This document shows, piece after piece, positions 47,061-57,053 of a DNA stretch of 64,000 nucleotides. The stretch lies in the NCBI GenBank assembly GCA_964635905.1, contig CAZWPK010000002.1, forward strand, positions 13,621 through 77,620, in the 5' to 3' direction. A program made the translations under genes and the position numbers. The DNA is from an uncultured Pseudomonadales bacterium. GTDB lineage: Bacteria > Patescibacteriota > Microgenomatia > UBA1400 > UBA12028. The notes under the pieces were generated by a model. It was not told the origin of the DNA and did not search any database. It saw only the letters and a list, made by a program, of their open reading frames with translations. Each line of letters opens with the position of its first letter. Position 1 is the stretch's first letter.

Positions 47061-48702
47061 CTATTGGAGTTGTTTGGAGGGTTTCCACTTTGTACACTTT
47101 GCAGAGGCTATAGCACTCATCCATCACTAGGGTCAAGCGAAAATCTTTCTCCATCTGTGCCCTGGCCTGATGCAGGAAGCCTTCATTTCCAAGACCATAG
47201 GTGGATAAATACACCGGATATCCTTGTTGTATATACTCTGCATACACTGCTGTGAGGTTTGAATAGTCATGTTCTCCCCATGTTTGCGTTCGAGCATTCC
47301 GAAATTCTTGTTCTTTATGCAATGGCAACAAAATCATTGGATTTTTGGCATAAAAATCAAATAAGAATGGTGGGACGGGTGAAATAACGACTGGTTGTTT
47401 TGCAAATGACTGCGTTGAGAGATAGGCATCAACCTTTCGAACGGACACATAATACCAAGGATTTTCTGCATATTTTAGGTTTAAAGATATTTGAAATTTC
47501 AATCGTGAAGCATTCATCCCCAAATACAAGATCATTAATCCGGCAATCCCGAGTCCAACCCACAACGACCGAGTTTTGGCTATTTGGTAGAGTTTTGTAC
47601 AAGCAATTCCAATCCCAATCACTGCGATAGGAATAGCATGGTAGAAATACCGCGCATCGACCACATAAAACATGCTCATAAAACCAATTGTTGCTCCGTA
47701 GATACCAATGGAGGTAACAGAGAAGAGTCGATATTTCTTATCAACGATGCCAACCCCAATCCCCACCAAACTCAGAATGGCTAGATAGCGTGGAAGTAAG
47801 GTTTCTTGCTTCCACAGTAGTGGGAGTTGATCCCCGGTAAGCCACCGAATGTAGTTTGGTGCATGTGCTTTCATGTACCCTGCGGAAAAGAACGTTTGAT
47901 CCGGAACGGATGGAGTATCTCCTGGAGCATCACTGATTGCTTGTTTTTTGGGAAATAAAATCGAGGCTACCATGTGAAACTCCGTTGTCTGCCGAATAGA
48001 GTACTCCATCGTTAAATAGACAGACGCACACACCACTGCACCGAAAATAAAAAGTCCCACTGGCTTCCAGTTTTTCTGTTGATACGACAGAAGAGCACTC
48101 TTTACAAAGAAGACGAGTCCATACACGGCACTCACCGGAATACTGGCAAATTTGGTGGCGTAATACGATATTGCTAGAGCTCCACCCAAAAAGAATTTTT
48201 TACTTGTTGGTCGTGTACATAACACATACAAACCCAAGAGTGTTAGCAGCAATTGTAAATTTTCTGCCATGGCTAAGGTTGGATACCACACTACGATTGG
48301 ATGCGTGATGAACAGAATACATAAGAAGAGTTGAAGGATCCCTGCATCAAAAAACTTGCGAACGAGTGCATAAAACACCATCAAGGAAAGTACAGAAAGA
48401 AGGACATTGGCAACATACACCATTCTTGGATCATTGAATACTGCAAAGAAAGGGATAAAGACCAGCGAGTAAAAAGGTGGAACACCTGGAACTATTTTCC
48501 CAAGTCGATCCATGGAAAATCCATTTCCTAAAAGGAGATTTCGCGCAGGCAGAATGTAATGAAAAGAGTCTGGGTAGGGTTCAAAGTTTGGAATCAGCGT
48601 ACGCTCTGAGAATGGAGTTCGAGCGAGTAACAATAATAATCCTGCAAGTGCAATCCAAAAAATCCAGTGACGAAGAAATAAAGTACTCACTATAGTTATC
48701 AT
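47050..48702 (-). CDS. GT-C fold membrane glycosyltransferase (PMT_2/ArnT-like)
   Basis: 550 aa, more than 10 TM; first-loop motif PDSFHYILPARNLLLGNGF. Confidence 0.55.
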   Translation of the reverse strand: MITIVSTLFLRHWIFWIALAGLLLLLARTPFSERTLIPNFEPYPDSFHYILPARNLLLGNGFSMDRLGKIVPGVPPFYSLVFIPFFAVFNDPRMVYVANVLLSVLSLMVFYALVRKFFDAGILQLFLCILFITHPIVVWYPTLAMAENLQLLLTLLGLYVLCTRPTSKKFFLGGALAISYYATKFASIPVSAVYGLVFFVKSALLSYQQKNWKPVGLFIFGAVVCASVYLTMEYSIRQTTEFHMVASILFPKKQAISDAPGDTPSVPDQTFFSAGYMKAHAPNYIRWLTGDQLPLLWKQETLLPRYLAILSLVGIGVGIVDKKYRLFSVTSIGIYGATIGFMSMFYVVDARYFYHAIPIAVIGIGIACTKLYQIAKTRSLWVGLGIAGLMILYLGMNASRLKFQISLNLKYAENPWYYVSVRKVDAYLSTQSFAKQPVVISPVPPFLFDFYAKNPMILLPLHKEQEFRNARTQTWGEHDYSNLTAVYAEYIQQGYPVYLSTYGLGNEGFLHQARAQMEKDFRLTLVMDECYSLCKVYKVETLQTTPIDEN

Positions 48703-50228
48703 AGGTTGTGTAATAGCTCTTGTAACGTCGTTTCAAACTGCGCAATATCATAGCTCTTCGCTTTGACCTTGGCTTGTGAAGATAGTGTAGCAAGTTGCTT
48801 TGGATCTTCAATCAGGCGTTTAGTGTGTAATCGTAGCTCGTCGATGGTTTTCCAAGTATATCCCTCATGTTCACTGACGATCTCTTTCTGCCCTCCCGCG
48901 GCATAGACGACTGGAACACAACCAGACGCCATCGCCTCCACAGTCGATAATCCAAAGTGTTCAGCAGCCTCAGGATTGGAGTTGAGATCTTCTTGATAGC
49001 CAGTAGCATGCCAGTAGATCTTCGCCTTGGAAAGTAAGGAAGACACCTTTCTTGTATCCGCATCCGTATGAATTCGAATGGGGTACCCAGATGATTTCGC
49101 CAATACAAGTGAAAAATACGCTTGATGAACTGGTTCACTTGCAGGTTTTCCAACGAAGTGAAGTTCCCATCCGGTCAGTCCGGCATCCACTAACTGCCGA
49201 AATGCCATTACAAGATCCAATTGCTTTTTGCTGTGACCCCCTGAAAAAAATCTTCCGATATGAATGATTTGATTCGCTTTGTTATGAGAAGCGGTGAAAG
49301 AGTTTGCCGAAATCGGTGGGAAAAGTACGGTTGAATTTTTTCCCCAATACTTCAAAATCCAGTGTTTAGTATATTCCGAGATTGCCCAGATTTCTTGATA
49401 GCTAGCAATGCGCTGAATGAAATTCAGGCTGGCACCGCCAGTCAATCGAACGGAAGCCTCTGGGAAAAGCGATGCAAATAGTTTCCAGCCTAAAAATCGC
49501 AGAGAGGGAATATTAATGGACTCCAGTCGCACGTGCTCGTGCGAGATCCCTTCAGGAATCTTGATTCGAATCCCCCGGTCACGAAGGAACTCCTGATTTT
49601 TAAATTGGTAGAGCATTCGTTTATTCGGTACATCGGCAACACTAACTGGTAGTAGTTTTTTCTCTCCACAATAGAACTCGATTGACTCGATTAAGGACGC
49701 TGGAAATTCAGGCATGGCGATAACCAACTCAACTAGAGCTAGTTTTTGTTGCGAAAAAGTAAGGATGGATTGTGATGACAATTCACGATCAGTAGTAAAT
49801 CCGATTAGTCTCTTTGGATAAATAAAGAGCCGTTGAAGCAACGGGACAATGAGACCTTGCTTCATTTTTTCTTTGAGGGTAGTCGCCGGCTTTGCCGGAA
49901 AGAATGGAAGCAAGACCCCACGTTTTGCACTGTTGGGCACAATATCCATGTGTGAGGCGTTGATGAAAAGATCAAAGTTTTTTGAAATTGAGCCTAGTTG
50001 TTCTTCGTTGATATCCGATACAAGTTGCGTTTGCACAAATTGAAGATCGATCCCAAATTCATGCGTTGCTTTCCTTAAGTCAATCTCAATCTGAGAAATT
50101 AAGGTTACCTCATATCCCAAACGATGCAGACTATTGAGCAGAGCACAGACCATGCGCTCACCTCCACCCATACGGAAGAACCAACGATCGTAAACGGCAA
50201 TGGTACGAATTTCAGCGGAATGTTTCAT
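48699..50228 (-). CDS. Glycosyltransferase family 4 with extended N-terminal region
   Basis: FGLSTVEAMASGCVPVVYAAGGQKEIV; 509 aa. Confidence 0.8.
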   Translation of the reverse strand: MKHSAEIRTIAVYDRWFFRMGGGERMVCALLNSLHRLGYEVTLISQIEIDLRKATHEFGIDLQFVQTQLVSDINEEQLGSISKNFDLFINASHMDIVPNSAKRGVLLPFFPAKPATTLKEKMKQGLIVPLLQRLFIYPKRLIGFTTDRELSSQSILTFSQQKLALVELVIAMPEFPASLIESIEFYCGEKKLLPVSVADVPNKRMLYQFKNQEFLRDRGIRIKIPEGISHEHVRLESINIPSLRFLGWKLFASLFPEASVRLTGGASLNFIQRIASYQEIWAISEYTKHWILKYWGKNSTVLFPPISANSFTASHNKANQIIHIGRFFSGGHSKKQLDLVMAFRQLVDAGLTGWELHFVGKPASEPVHQAYFSLVLAKSSGYPIRIHTDADTRKVSSLLSKAKIYWHATGYQEDLNSNPEAAEHFGLSTVEAMASGCVPVVYAAGGQKEIVSEHEGYTWKTIDELRLHTKRLIEDPKQLATLSSQAKVKAKSYDIAQFETTLQELLHNL

Positions 50229-51240
50229 ACAGTTTCATCGATGTTTGCCAAGTTGAACGAGTACGCGTCACCCATAGAATTTTTGGTAGCTTTACCATGA
50301 CTTGCCAGAGCACACTGAAACGAAGTCGTGCTATCTCACTCCAACGATTCATCGAAGATTGATCTGCACGAATCATCAGGTTGAAAGCTCGGAGGCAGGC
50401 TACGGCAATAAATTCTAGATACCTAAACAATGCGTTTGCCACTGTAAAAAGTGGAAAATGCTTTGCAATAAATAGCAGTCTACTCCTCTCAGTTTGAAAG
50501 ATGAAAAAGGGAGAGGCAATATGACTAGAAGCTCCGTGGTGATGCCATACGATAGCCTTAGGTGCATAGGCACAATGATAGCCATTCAATCGTAACCGCA
50601 AAGAGAGATCCACGTCCTCGTAGTACATAAAGTAATCGGGATCAAAACCTCCAACTTCCTTAAAGGCAGATCGTGTTACTAACATACTCACCCCGCAACA
50701 GGCAGGAACGATCGTTGGTTGCTCAAAAAAAACACTATCCTCCTCGTAGTCGTCCGCACCATTGCGTGTCAGAATTCCACGATCTCGGACATACCCTTGC
50801 TTAAAGATGAGAATCCCGGCATTTTGTACTTTTGGAGTGTTCCTTTTTGAAGAGAATAAATACACGCGCGGTGTCACCGACGCAATCTTGGGGTTTGCAC
50901 GTGCAGCAGACACGAGCTCAAGTAACCAATCCGGTTCAACTTGGGTATCTGAATTTAAAAAGACTAGATATTCTCCCTTGGCAACTGCCGAGGCTTTGTT
51001 ATTAGCCTGACCAAACCCACCATTGGTTGTTTGAGGAATAACAGTTACTTCTGGGTGGTTTTTAGAAAGAAATTCAACAGATCCATCGGTGGAGGCGTTA
51101 TCGACAACGATGATTTCAACACCGTGTGAAAAAGACTGTTGCTGCAAGGAGAGCAGACAGGGACCCAAGAACGACTTCCCATTAAAATTCACAATAATAA
51201 TGGATACATCTACTTTTTCTGATTTGGATACAGTCGCCAT
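50212..51240 (-). CDS. Glycosyltransferase family 2
   Basis: VSIIIVNFNGKSFLGPCLLSLQQQSF...IIVVDNASTDGS. Confidence 0.8.
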   Translation of the reverse strand: MATVSKSEKVDVSIIIVNFNGKSFLGPCLLSLQQQSFSHGVEIIVVDNASTDGSVEFLSKNHPEVTVIPQTTNGGFGQANNKASAVAKGEYLVFLNSDTQVEPDWLLELVSAARANPKIASVTPRVYLFSSKRNTPKVQNAGILIFKQGYVRDRGILTRNGADDYEEDSVFFEQPTIVPACCGVSMLVTRSAFKEVGGFDPDYFMYYEDVDLSLRLRLNGYHCAYAPKAIVWHHHGASSHIASPFFIFQTERSRLLFIAKHFPLFTVANALFRYLEFIAVACLRAFNLMIRADQSSMNRWSEIARLRFSVLWQVMVKLPKILWVTRTRSTWQTSMKLYETFR

Positions 51241-52970
51241 AGGCTATATGTCTGATCTTGATGGAGTAATTGTACGTCAGGAACAGTTGAGAAACTAGCG
51301 AAGGTCGCGGGTGTTGCCTGCTCATGCAGGACTAGGGTAACGTCATTATCTCGCAGTCTCGAAACCAAGTCTGTGGGTTGCGCATTCCTCGTCTCCAAAT
51401 CCAGCGATTTAAGTGAACTCGGCAGAATCCCACTATACCCGTTCATCAGCCTACACGGACTCGTTACTGTCCACATCATTAACTGTGATGTAACAGCAGG
51501 GTTTAATGCGACCAATGCGGAATCATGATAGGAAAAAACTGGAAGACTAAGTAAGACATCATCAGGTTTACATGCAGTATTTAACCATTCCACATAATTC
51601 GGCTTGGCGATCGGAGTCACTGGAATTGATAAGGGAATGGTTTCAAGAACGTAGAAAAAACTGAAAACTACGATCCATTTGCGATGTTTTGTCGACTTGG
51701 AAAGGTATTGGATTGCAAGGCTTGCAAATACTACACAACCCAACACAAACAAAAAATACCATCGTGACGGAGATCTAAAAAAGCTAAGAAAAGGAAAAAG
51801 TTTGAGAACAATCAAATACGGTAACGGAAACCCGGTGTAAATACCATTTAGTGTCAGACGTGTCCCTAGGGAAAAAATGAAACCCACACTCGTAAGACCT
51901 AACGCAACCCATCCCAACTTGGTTGCTTTTAACGTCAAACGTTTCCGCCAAACAAAAAATCCAATCACAACCAAGGCTAATAATGAGAAACCAATCCACC
52001 GAGCAGGTTCTCCTGCACCACGATGATTACGTGCATTCCAGTCAACAAACGAAGGAATCGATGACGCGACCGTGGGATATCCACGACTAAAAAGATAGTC
52101 GGTCGGCTGCGCAGCGTAATCGACATACATCCCTGCGTCGGGAGTGGCCTGATAGGTGTTTTGAATTGTACGATACGCAAACAGCAACGGACCGGTGCAC
52201 ACCAAAAAGACCACACTAAAAACAAGAGTATTCTTCAATAATTCTTTTCGATGGTGATCCGTTAAAAATTCAATACCCCACCAAAGCGTGAGAAGTGCTA
52301 GTGCCATTGTGCCCAAATACACGGAGAGATACCACTGTAGCGATAACAATAGAGCTATCATAATGAATGATTTTCGCCCAGAGGGTTTTTGCAGCAAGAT
52401 CAGCACACTGTAGATCGGCCAAAAGGACAACATCTGCAAGTGCGGCAATTGGGTAAACAGATACGGAGATACCGAAAAGAGTAAGGTTAAGAACGTATGG
52501 GACCATCGATTTGAAGAAAACTGCCGTGTGAATATCGCAGCAGAAACAACATTGAGAAACAACGTCAGTAGAAGCCCTGCATTCACGAGATGAATAGGTG
52601 TCACTGAAAAAAACGATAGAGGAAACAACAACAAACTTAGAGGATAAAAAGTATCTGAGAAGAGCAACGACTGTGTGGATGGATAAAAAGCATTTCCAAA
52701 AAACACACCTGCGTTAAAGATACCGCGTAGATTCCCCACACCACTTTGGAGAATCCAGGCATACAACGGATAATCGATTCCATCAAGTAAAGAGCTGTCC
52801 ATGTCACCAATCAGCCCTCGAAACATGAAAATGAGAATTCCTGATACCGTTACAATTGGAATTAGTGCTCCACTCTTGAGCATCTTGGTTGTCATAATAG
52901 AGTTTTGGTCGTAGACTTTGGCTATGGTTGCGCTGCTTACACATCTAATCAATATCTTCTCCCACTTCAT
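51210..52970 (-). CDS. Large polytopic membrane protein of unknown function (possible GT-C/YfhO-like)
   Basis: 586 aa, more than 12 predicted TM segments. Start likely at internal MTTKMLK/MLKSGAL (about 52883-52895), because the divergent neighbour starts at 52918. Confidence 0.55.
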   Translation of the reverse strand: MKWEKILIRCVSSATIAKVYDQNSIMTTKMLKSGALIPIVTVSGILIFMFRGLIGDMDSSLLDGIDYPLYAWILQSGVGNLRGIFNAGVFFGNAFYPSTQSLLFSDTFYPLSLLLFPLSFFSVTPIHLVNAGLLLTLFLNVVSAAIFTRQFSSNRWSHTFLTLLFSVSPYLFTQLPHLQMLSFWPIYSVLILLQKPSGRKSFIMIALLLSLQWYLSVYLGTMALALLTLWWGIEFLTDHHRKELLKNTLVFSVVFLVCTGPLLFAYRTIQNTYQATPDAGMYVDYAAQPTDYLFSRGYPTVASSIPSFVDWNARNHRGAGEPARWIGFSLLALVVIGFFVWRKRLTLKATKLGWVALGLTSVGFIFSLGTRLTLNGIYTGFPLPYLIVLKLFPFLSFFRSPSRWYFLFVLGCVVFASLAIQYLSKSTKHRKWIVVFSFFYVLETIPLSIPVTPIAKPNYVEWLNTACKPDDVLLSLPVFSYHDSALVALNPAVTSQLMMWTVTSPCRLMNGYSGILPSSLKSLDLETRNAQPTDLVSRLRDNDVTLVLHEQATPATFASFSTVPDVQLLHQDQTYSLWRLYPNQKK

Positions 52971-54729
52971 TGTTGATGGACTCGTTGCGTTGATCGCAAT
53001 TATCGCAGTAGGAGGAGCCTCACTTGTCCTTCCTCAGATTCGACAGTCAGAGTATCGGTCTGCCTTCCCGTATCTTTCTGTTGCATTCTTTATTCTAGCG
53101 TTAGAACTGTCGTTGCGTGTTCTTCCTAATCCTCTGCTAGTCATACAAGTTGTCACCTGTCTGTTCATTAGCATGAGTATAGGAGGATATCTGTTGGTTG
53201 GAAAGAGACTCGTAGCATCCTTACTGCGCTCAACAGTGTTTTTGGGCGTAATTGTTGCCGTTACACTACTCTGCGGATTCTTCCTCTACAACCTTACCTA
53301 CCAAAATGGACTCCACGACGAGTACTACCATCATGCAAATATCAAACTATTCTTTGAATCTCCAACCTATCCCTTTTTGGAACCCTATCGCATTGGCAGC
53401 ACAATCTCTGGATATCATGTTGGGCTCTACTTTCCTGTTATCGCCTTAAAAGCACTGACTGCACTGAGTGTGGAACAGTCGTTAGACATCATGAAGTTGA
53501 GTCTATTCATCCCAGCTCCCTTAGTACTCTCAAAATTGCTTGCCCGCTATTTCTCCATTTCAGACTTTTCAAGTGCTGCTTTGACTGGGATAGGTTTTAT
53601 TGTGGGACCAAGTCTCTTTTTGCTCGATTCGTTTAGCGATAATGTGCTTCGTGGATTGTCGTATCCTCAATTACATACGCCAATTTTGTTTGAGTATGCC
53701 GGCTTAACGTGGCATGGACTCACCTTCTTTTTGGTTTTTACCCTAGTGATCCAACTAATCCTTCGGGATCAAACGGACTTTCTTCAGAAGCTTCTCAGAT
53801 TGTCACGTCCAAGCGTCGCAACATTCCGATCACTACTGCTCTTTGCATTCTGTAGTGTTGCAAGTTTGTGGTTCATCAATCGAGCCTTTTGTCTAGCATT
53901 TGTCATTGTAGGGATTGTTACGGTTCTTTTTTATCTTATCCGCCAACTTTCTATCAAGTACCAACAGATACTTCTTGGACTAGTCGGGGTTATCATCACC
54001 CTCTTGGTCATTGCCACACTGTTTGGAAACTACGCTCCACTCTTTCGTTCACCAAATACCTGGGGGGTAGTCTATTTAGACCTTTTAATAGACGAATCGG
54101 CTGTTTCAAGATTTCGGTATGCGACCATGACCCAATTGGTGTTTTGGAAATACTTAGGAGTCTTAGGATTGTTGACTATTACACTGGGAGCAGTGAAAAA
54201 AAGATTCTCAGACCCGTGGCTATTTACAATACTGTTCCTATTCCCTGTCTGGGTCTATTTTGGAAAAACTCCGGGAGCTGATGCGGATGACCTTGCCTTC
54301 ACAAAATTGCTACGACCTTTATTTTTAATACTTCCAATGTGTGTATACGCCTACTCAAAAAGCTGGAAGCCTCTTCCACGTTCCATCGTGACAGCTCTCA
54401 TCGTGTTGGGCTGTTTGTCACCCGCGTACTTTTTTATTACAGCACGCTTTTCTGGGATACAACAAGATTGGGTTGTCACGGAACCAGCTCTCCACGACCT
54501 TGTAGATCATCTCCCCTCGCATTCACGAGCAGTTGGCATTCAAGCAAATACCCAGAGTCTCCAACATGTCATTGCGAATGTTGTTCATGCGCAAGTGGAA
54601 ATTTGCTACACAGCCTGTGGAGAGCGAACTGAGGTAACCTATATCATCGAACAAAAAGAAAAACCGATGCAAGTTGCTTCAACTCGGAAAATAGTCTACG
54701 AGAATGCTTCCTACCGACTCTATCGATAG
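52918..54729 (+). CDS. Large polytopic membrane protein of unknown function
   Basis: 603 aa, more than 12 TM segments, no recognisable motif; divergent from the previous gene. Confidence 0.55.
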   Translation: MAMVALLTHLINIFSHFIVDGLVALIAIIAVGGASLVLPQIRQSEYRSAFPYLSVAFFILALELSLRVLPNPLLVIQVVTCLFISMSIGGYLLVGKRLVASLLRSTVFLGVIVAVTLLCGFFLYNLTYQNGLHDEYYHHANIKLFFESPTYPFLEPYRIGSTISGYHVGLYFPVIALKALTALSVEQSLDIMKLSLFIPAPLVLSKLLARYFSISDFSSAALTGIGFIVGPSLFLLDSFSDNVLRGLSYPQLHTPILFEYAGLTWHGLTFFLVFTLVIQLILRDQTDFLQKLLRLSRPSVATFRSLLLFAFCSVASLWFINRAFCLAFVIVGIVTVLFYLIRQLSIKYQQILLGLVGVIITLLVIATLFGNYAPLFRSPNTWGVVYLDLLIDESAVSRFRYATMTQLVFWKYLGVLGLLTITLGAVKKRFSDPWLFTILFLFPVWVYFGKTPGADADDLAFTKLLRPLFLILPMCVYAYSKSWKPLPRSIVTALIVLGCLSPAYFFITARFSGIQQDWVVTEPALHDLVDHLPSHSRAVGIQANTQSLQHVIANVVHAQVEICYTACGERTEVTYIIEQKEKPMQVASTRKIVYENASYRLYR

Positions 54730-54735
54730 AGACAG

Positions 54736-55113
54736 TTATTTCTTTAGATTAGCAAGAACGATACCAATTAGAATCAATCCCGCTGCAACAATACGAAGTG
54801 GTGGAATGCTTTCCTTAAGAAAAAGTGATCCTAAAAGCATCGTTGATAGTACAAGACTTCCTGCAGCGATGGGGAAAATATACGATAGATCATTCTTTGA
54901 CAATAAGACCAACCACATAAGAAATCCCACTCCGTACAGTATTCCTCCCAACCAAAACCACGGATGAAGAAGTAGTGTTACCACGGACTGTCCAGCAAGA
55001 ACAGTAAACTCTCGTCGCAGTAAAGCGAGCCCGGAAGAGCTTAAGAGTGCATAAATTCCTAAATAGAAAAATGTCATAGGTTTACTGTACCTTCTTTGTA
55101 AAGATGCGATCAA
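54736..55113 (-). CDS. Small 4-TM membrane protein, GtrA/ArnE-like (DMT/EamA-type) candidate lipid-linked sugar flippase
   Basis: 125 aa, four TM helices, C-terminal EamA-like ...FPIAAGSLVLSTMLLGSLFLKESIPPLRIVAAGLILIGIVL; directly downstream (32-nt overlap) of a GtrB/ArnC-like GT2. Confidence 0.55.
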   Translation of the reverse strand: MIASLQRRYSKPMTFFYLGIYALLSSSGLALLRREFTVLAGQSVVTLLLHPWFWLGGILYGVGFLMWLVLLSKNDLSYIFPIAAGSLVLSTMLLGSLFLKESIPPLRIVAAGLILIGIVLANLKK

Positions 55114-56041
55114 TGATATACAGTGGCCGTCTCTTTGTTTCTAAATAAATATTTCCGATATAGATACCAACCACACCTAACAAGATTAACTGTACGCCAC
55201 CAATGAATAACACACTTGAAATTATGGATGCCCATCCAGGTAACACAAAGGTTCCATGCAGTAAGAACATCAGGATTGCATAGACGCCGTACAATCCGGA
55301 GATCACCGACAGTCCACAGCCACAAATGACCATTAGATACAGCGGCCGCACGCTAAATGACGTAATCCCCGCTATCGCAAGTTTTATCATCTTGAACACC
55401 GTATAGTGCGATCGCCCTTTGTATCTAGCGGAGGCAATATACGGCACAGCAATGGCATCAAATCCTACCCAAGCAATGATCCCTCGTAAAAAGAGCGTGG
55501 ACTCACTCATGCTCTTTACTACGTTGACAACTTTTCGATCGAGAAGTCTAAAATCTGCTGCTCCAGGTTCCAGTTTCACACCTGATAAAAATCGAAAGAC
55601 ACTATAAAAAAGTACTGAAGAAAAATGTTTTAACAACGCGGTTGAATGCGGATCTTGCCGCACAGTGTACACTACTTGCTTGCCTTTTCGCCAATGTGAA
55701 AGGAGTGTGTGAATGAGCTTGGGAGGATGTTGCAGATCCGCATCCAGACTAATCACACAAGCTCCGGAGGCATGTTCAAGTCCAGCCATTAAGGCTGATT
55801 GGTGACCAAAATTTCTTGAAAATCGAATCCAGGACAATACGTGAAATTTCTGTTGAAGCTGCACGAGACGTTTTGACGTTTGATCCGTACTTCCATCGTC
55901 AATCACGATGATTTCAAAGGCTTCACTTTTCTTTAACGATTTCTCTAACTGACGTACGACTAAGGGGATGAGAACAGGAAGATTTTCCGCTTCATTGAAA
56001 GCTGGAATGATCACCGAGACAGTCGGAGACTTTTGCTTCAT
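55082..56041 (-). CDS. GT2 polyprenyl-phosphate glycosyltransferase with C-terminal TM helices (GtrB/ArnC-like)
   Basis: VSVIIPAFNEAENLPVLIPLVVRQ...IVIDDGSTDQT...SLDADLQHPP plus two C-terminal TM helices. Start set at MKQKSP (56041) to leave space before the divergent gene; the ORF track extends to 56080. Confidence 0.8.
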   Translation of the reverse strand: MKQKSPTVSVIIPAFNEAENLPVLIPLVVRQLEKSLKKSEAFEIIVIDDGSTDQTSKRLVQLQQKFHVLSWIRFSRNFGHQSALMAGLEHASGACVISLDADLQHPPKLIHTLLSHWRKGKQVVYTVRQDPHSTALLKHFSSVLFYSVFRFLSGVKLEPGAADFRLLDRKVVNVVKSMSESTLFLRGIIAWVGFDAIAVPYIASARYKGRSHYTVFKMIKLAIAGITSFSVRPLYLMVICGCGLSVISGLYGVYAILMFLLHGTFVLPGWASIISSVLFIGGVQLILLGVVGIYIGNIYLETKRRPLYIIDRIFTKKVQ

Positions 56042-56087
56042 AACAATCTGCATCGTCAATCTAATTAATGATATGATCACTCACATC

Positions 56088-57053
56088 ATGCGCATCATGG
56101 TTACTGGGGGAGCTGGTTTTATTGGCTCTCATCTATCAGCACGACTACTAGAACTTGGTCATTCGGTTGCAATTTTGGACAACTTCGACCCCTATTATCC
56201 TGTAACGCTAAAGGAGTATAACCTTTCCCTGTTACAACACAAGGGATTGCAGGATTGCATCAGAGCCGACATTTGTGATCCTAGCGCAGTAACCCAAGCG
56301 ATTTCGTCGCAGCACCCCGATATCATTATTCATTTAGCCGCAAAAGCTGGTGTTCGTAATAGTGTTGAGCATCCACTAGAGTACCTGCAAACAAACATCA
56401 TTGGAACGCACCATATCCTTCAAGCTGCAAGTAAGTACGATGTCTCAAAAGTTTTAATTGCTTCAAGCTCCTCAGTCTATGGAAGTAACACCAAAGTTCC
56501 ATTTAAAGAATCGGATCGAGTCGAAAACCAAGTCTCTCCCTATGCAGCTAGTAAACGCGCTATGGAAGTGATGTGTAAAACCTATCACGAGGTGTACAAA
56601 TTGCCACTCCAGTTATTTCGATTTTTTACAGTCTACGGTCCTTCCGGCCGACCCGATATGGCTCCTGTGTTGTTTACACGTGCCATTGATCAAGGGAAGC
56701 CGATTACTGTTTTTGGCTCCACTGCTACCCAGCGCGACTATACCTATGTCGACGATGTGGTAGCCGGACTAGTGGCAGCTATGGATGTAGACGATAGATT
56801 TGAAATATATAATCTTGGGAATAATCAACCCAACTCTTTGCAGACGTTCATAACCACCCTTTCCTCATTACTAGGGAAAAAAGCAATGCTTGAGATTACA
56901 CCCAAACGAGTGGGTGACGTTGAGCGTACTTGGGCGGATCTTTCCAAATCAACAACCAAATTAGGATATCAACCATCGTTTTCACTTGAACAAGGATTGA
57001 AACGTTTTGTGGATTGGTATCTAGAACACAAGAATTTGTATGAGAAAACTTAG
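56088..57053 (+). CDS. UDP-glucuronate 4-epimerase-like NAD-dependent epimerase (SDR)
   Basis: MRIMVTGGAGFIGSHLSARLLELGHSVAILDNFDPYYPVTLK (the DNF(N/D)xYY motif of UDP-GlcA 4-epimerases such as LpsL/Cap1J), SSSSVYG, YAASKRAME. Confidence 0.7.
   Translation: MRIMVTGGAGFIGSHLSARLLELGHSVAILDNFDPYYPVTLKEYNLSLLQHKGLQDCIRADICDPSAVTQAISSQHPDIIIHLAAKAGVRNSVEHPLEYLQTNIIGTHHILQAASKYDVSKVLIASSSSVYGSNTKVPFKESDRVENQVSPYAASKRAMEVMCKTYHEVYKLPLQLFRFFTVYGPSGRPDMAPVLFTRAIDQGKPITVFGSTATQRDYTYVDDVVAGLVAAMDVDDRFEIYNLGNNQPNSLQTFITTLSSLLGKKAMLEITPKRVGDVERTWADLSKSTTKLGYQPSFSLEQGLKRFVDWYLEHKNLYEKT

Noticed and set aside
56041-56088. Possible overlap of divergent GtrB-like GT2 (ORF track to 56080) and epimerase (ORF track from 55968).
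   Set aside because: Both ORF-track starts are upstream alternative starts; conserved N-termini (MKQKSPTVSVIIP / MRIMVTGGAG) give non-overlapping genes with a 46-bp divergent spacer.
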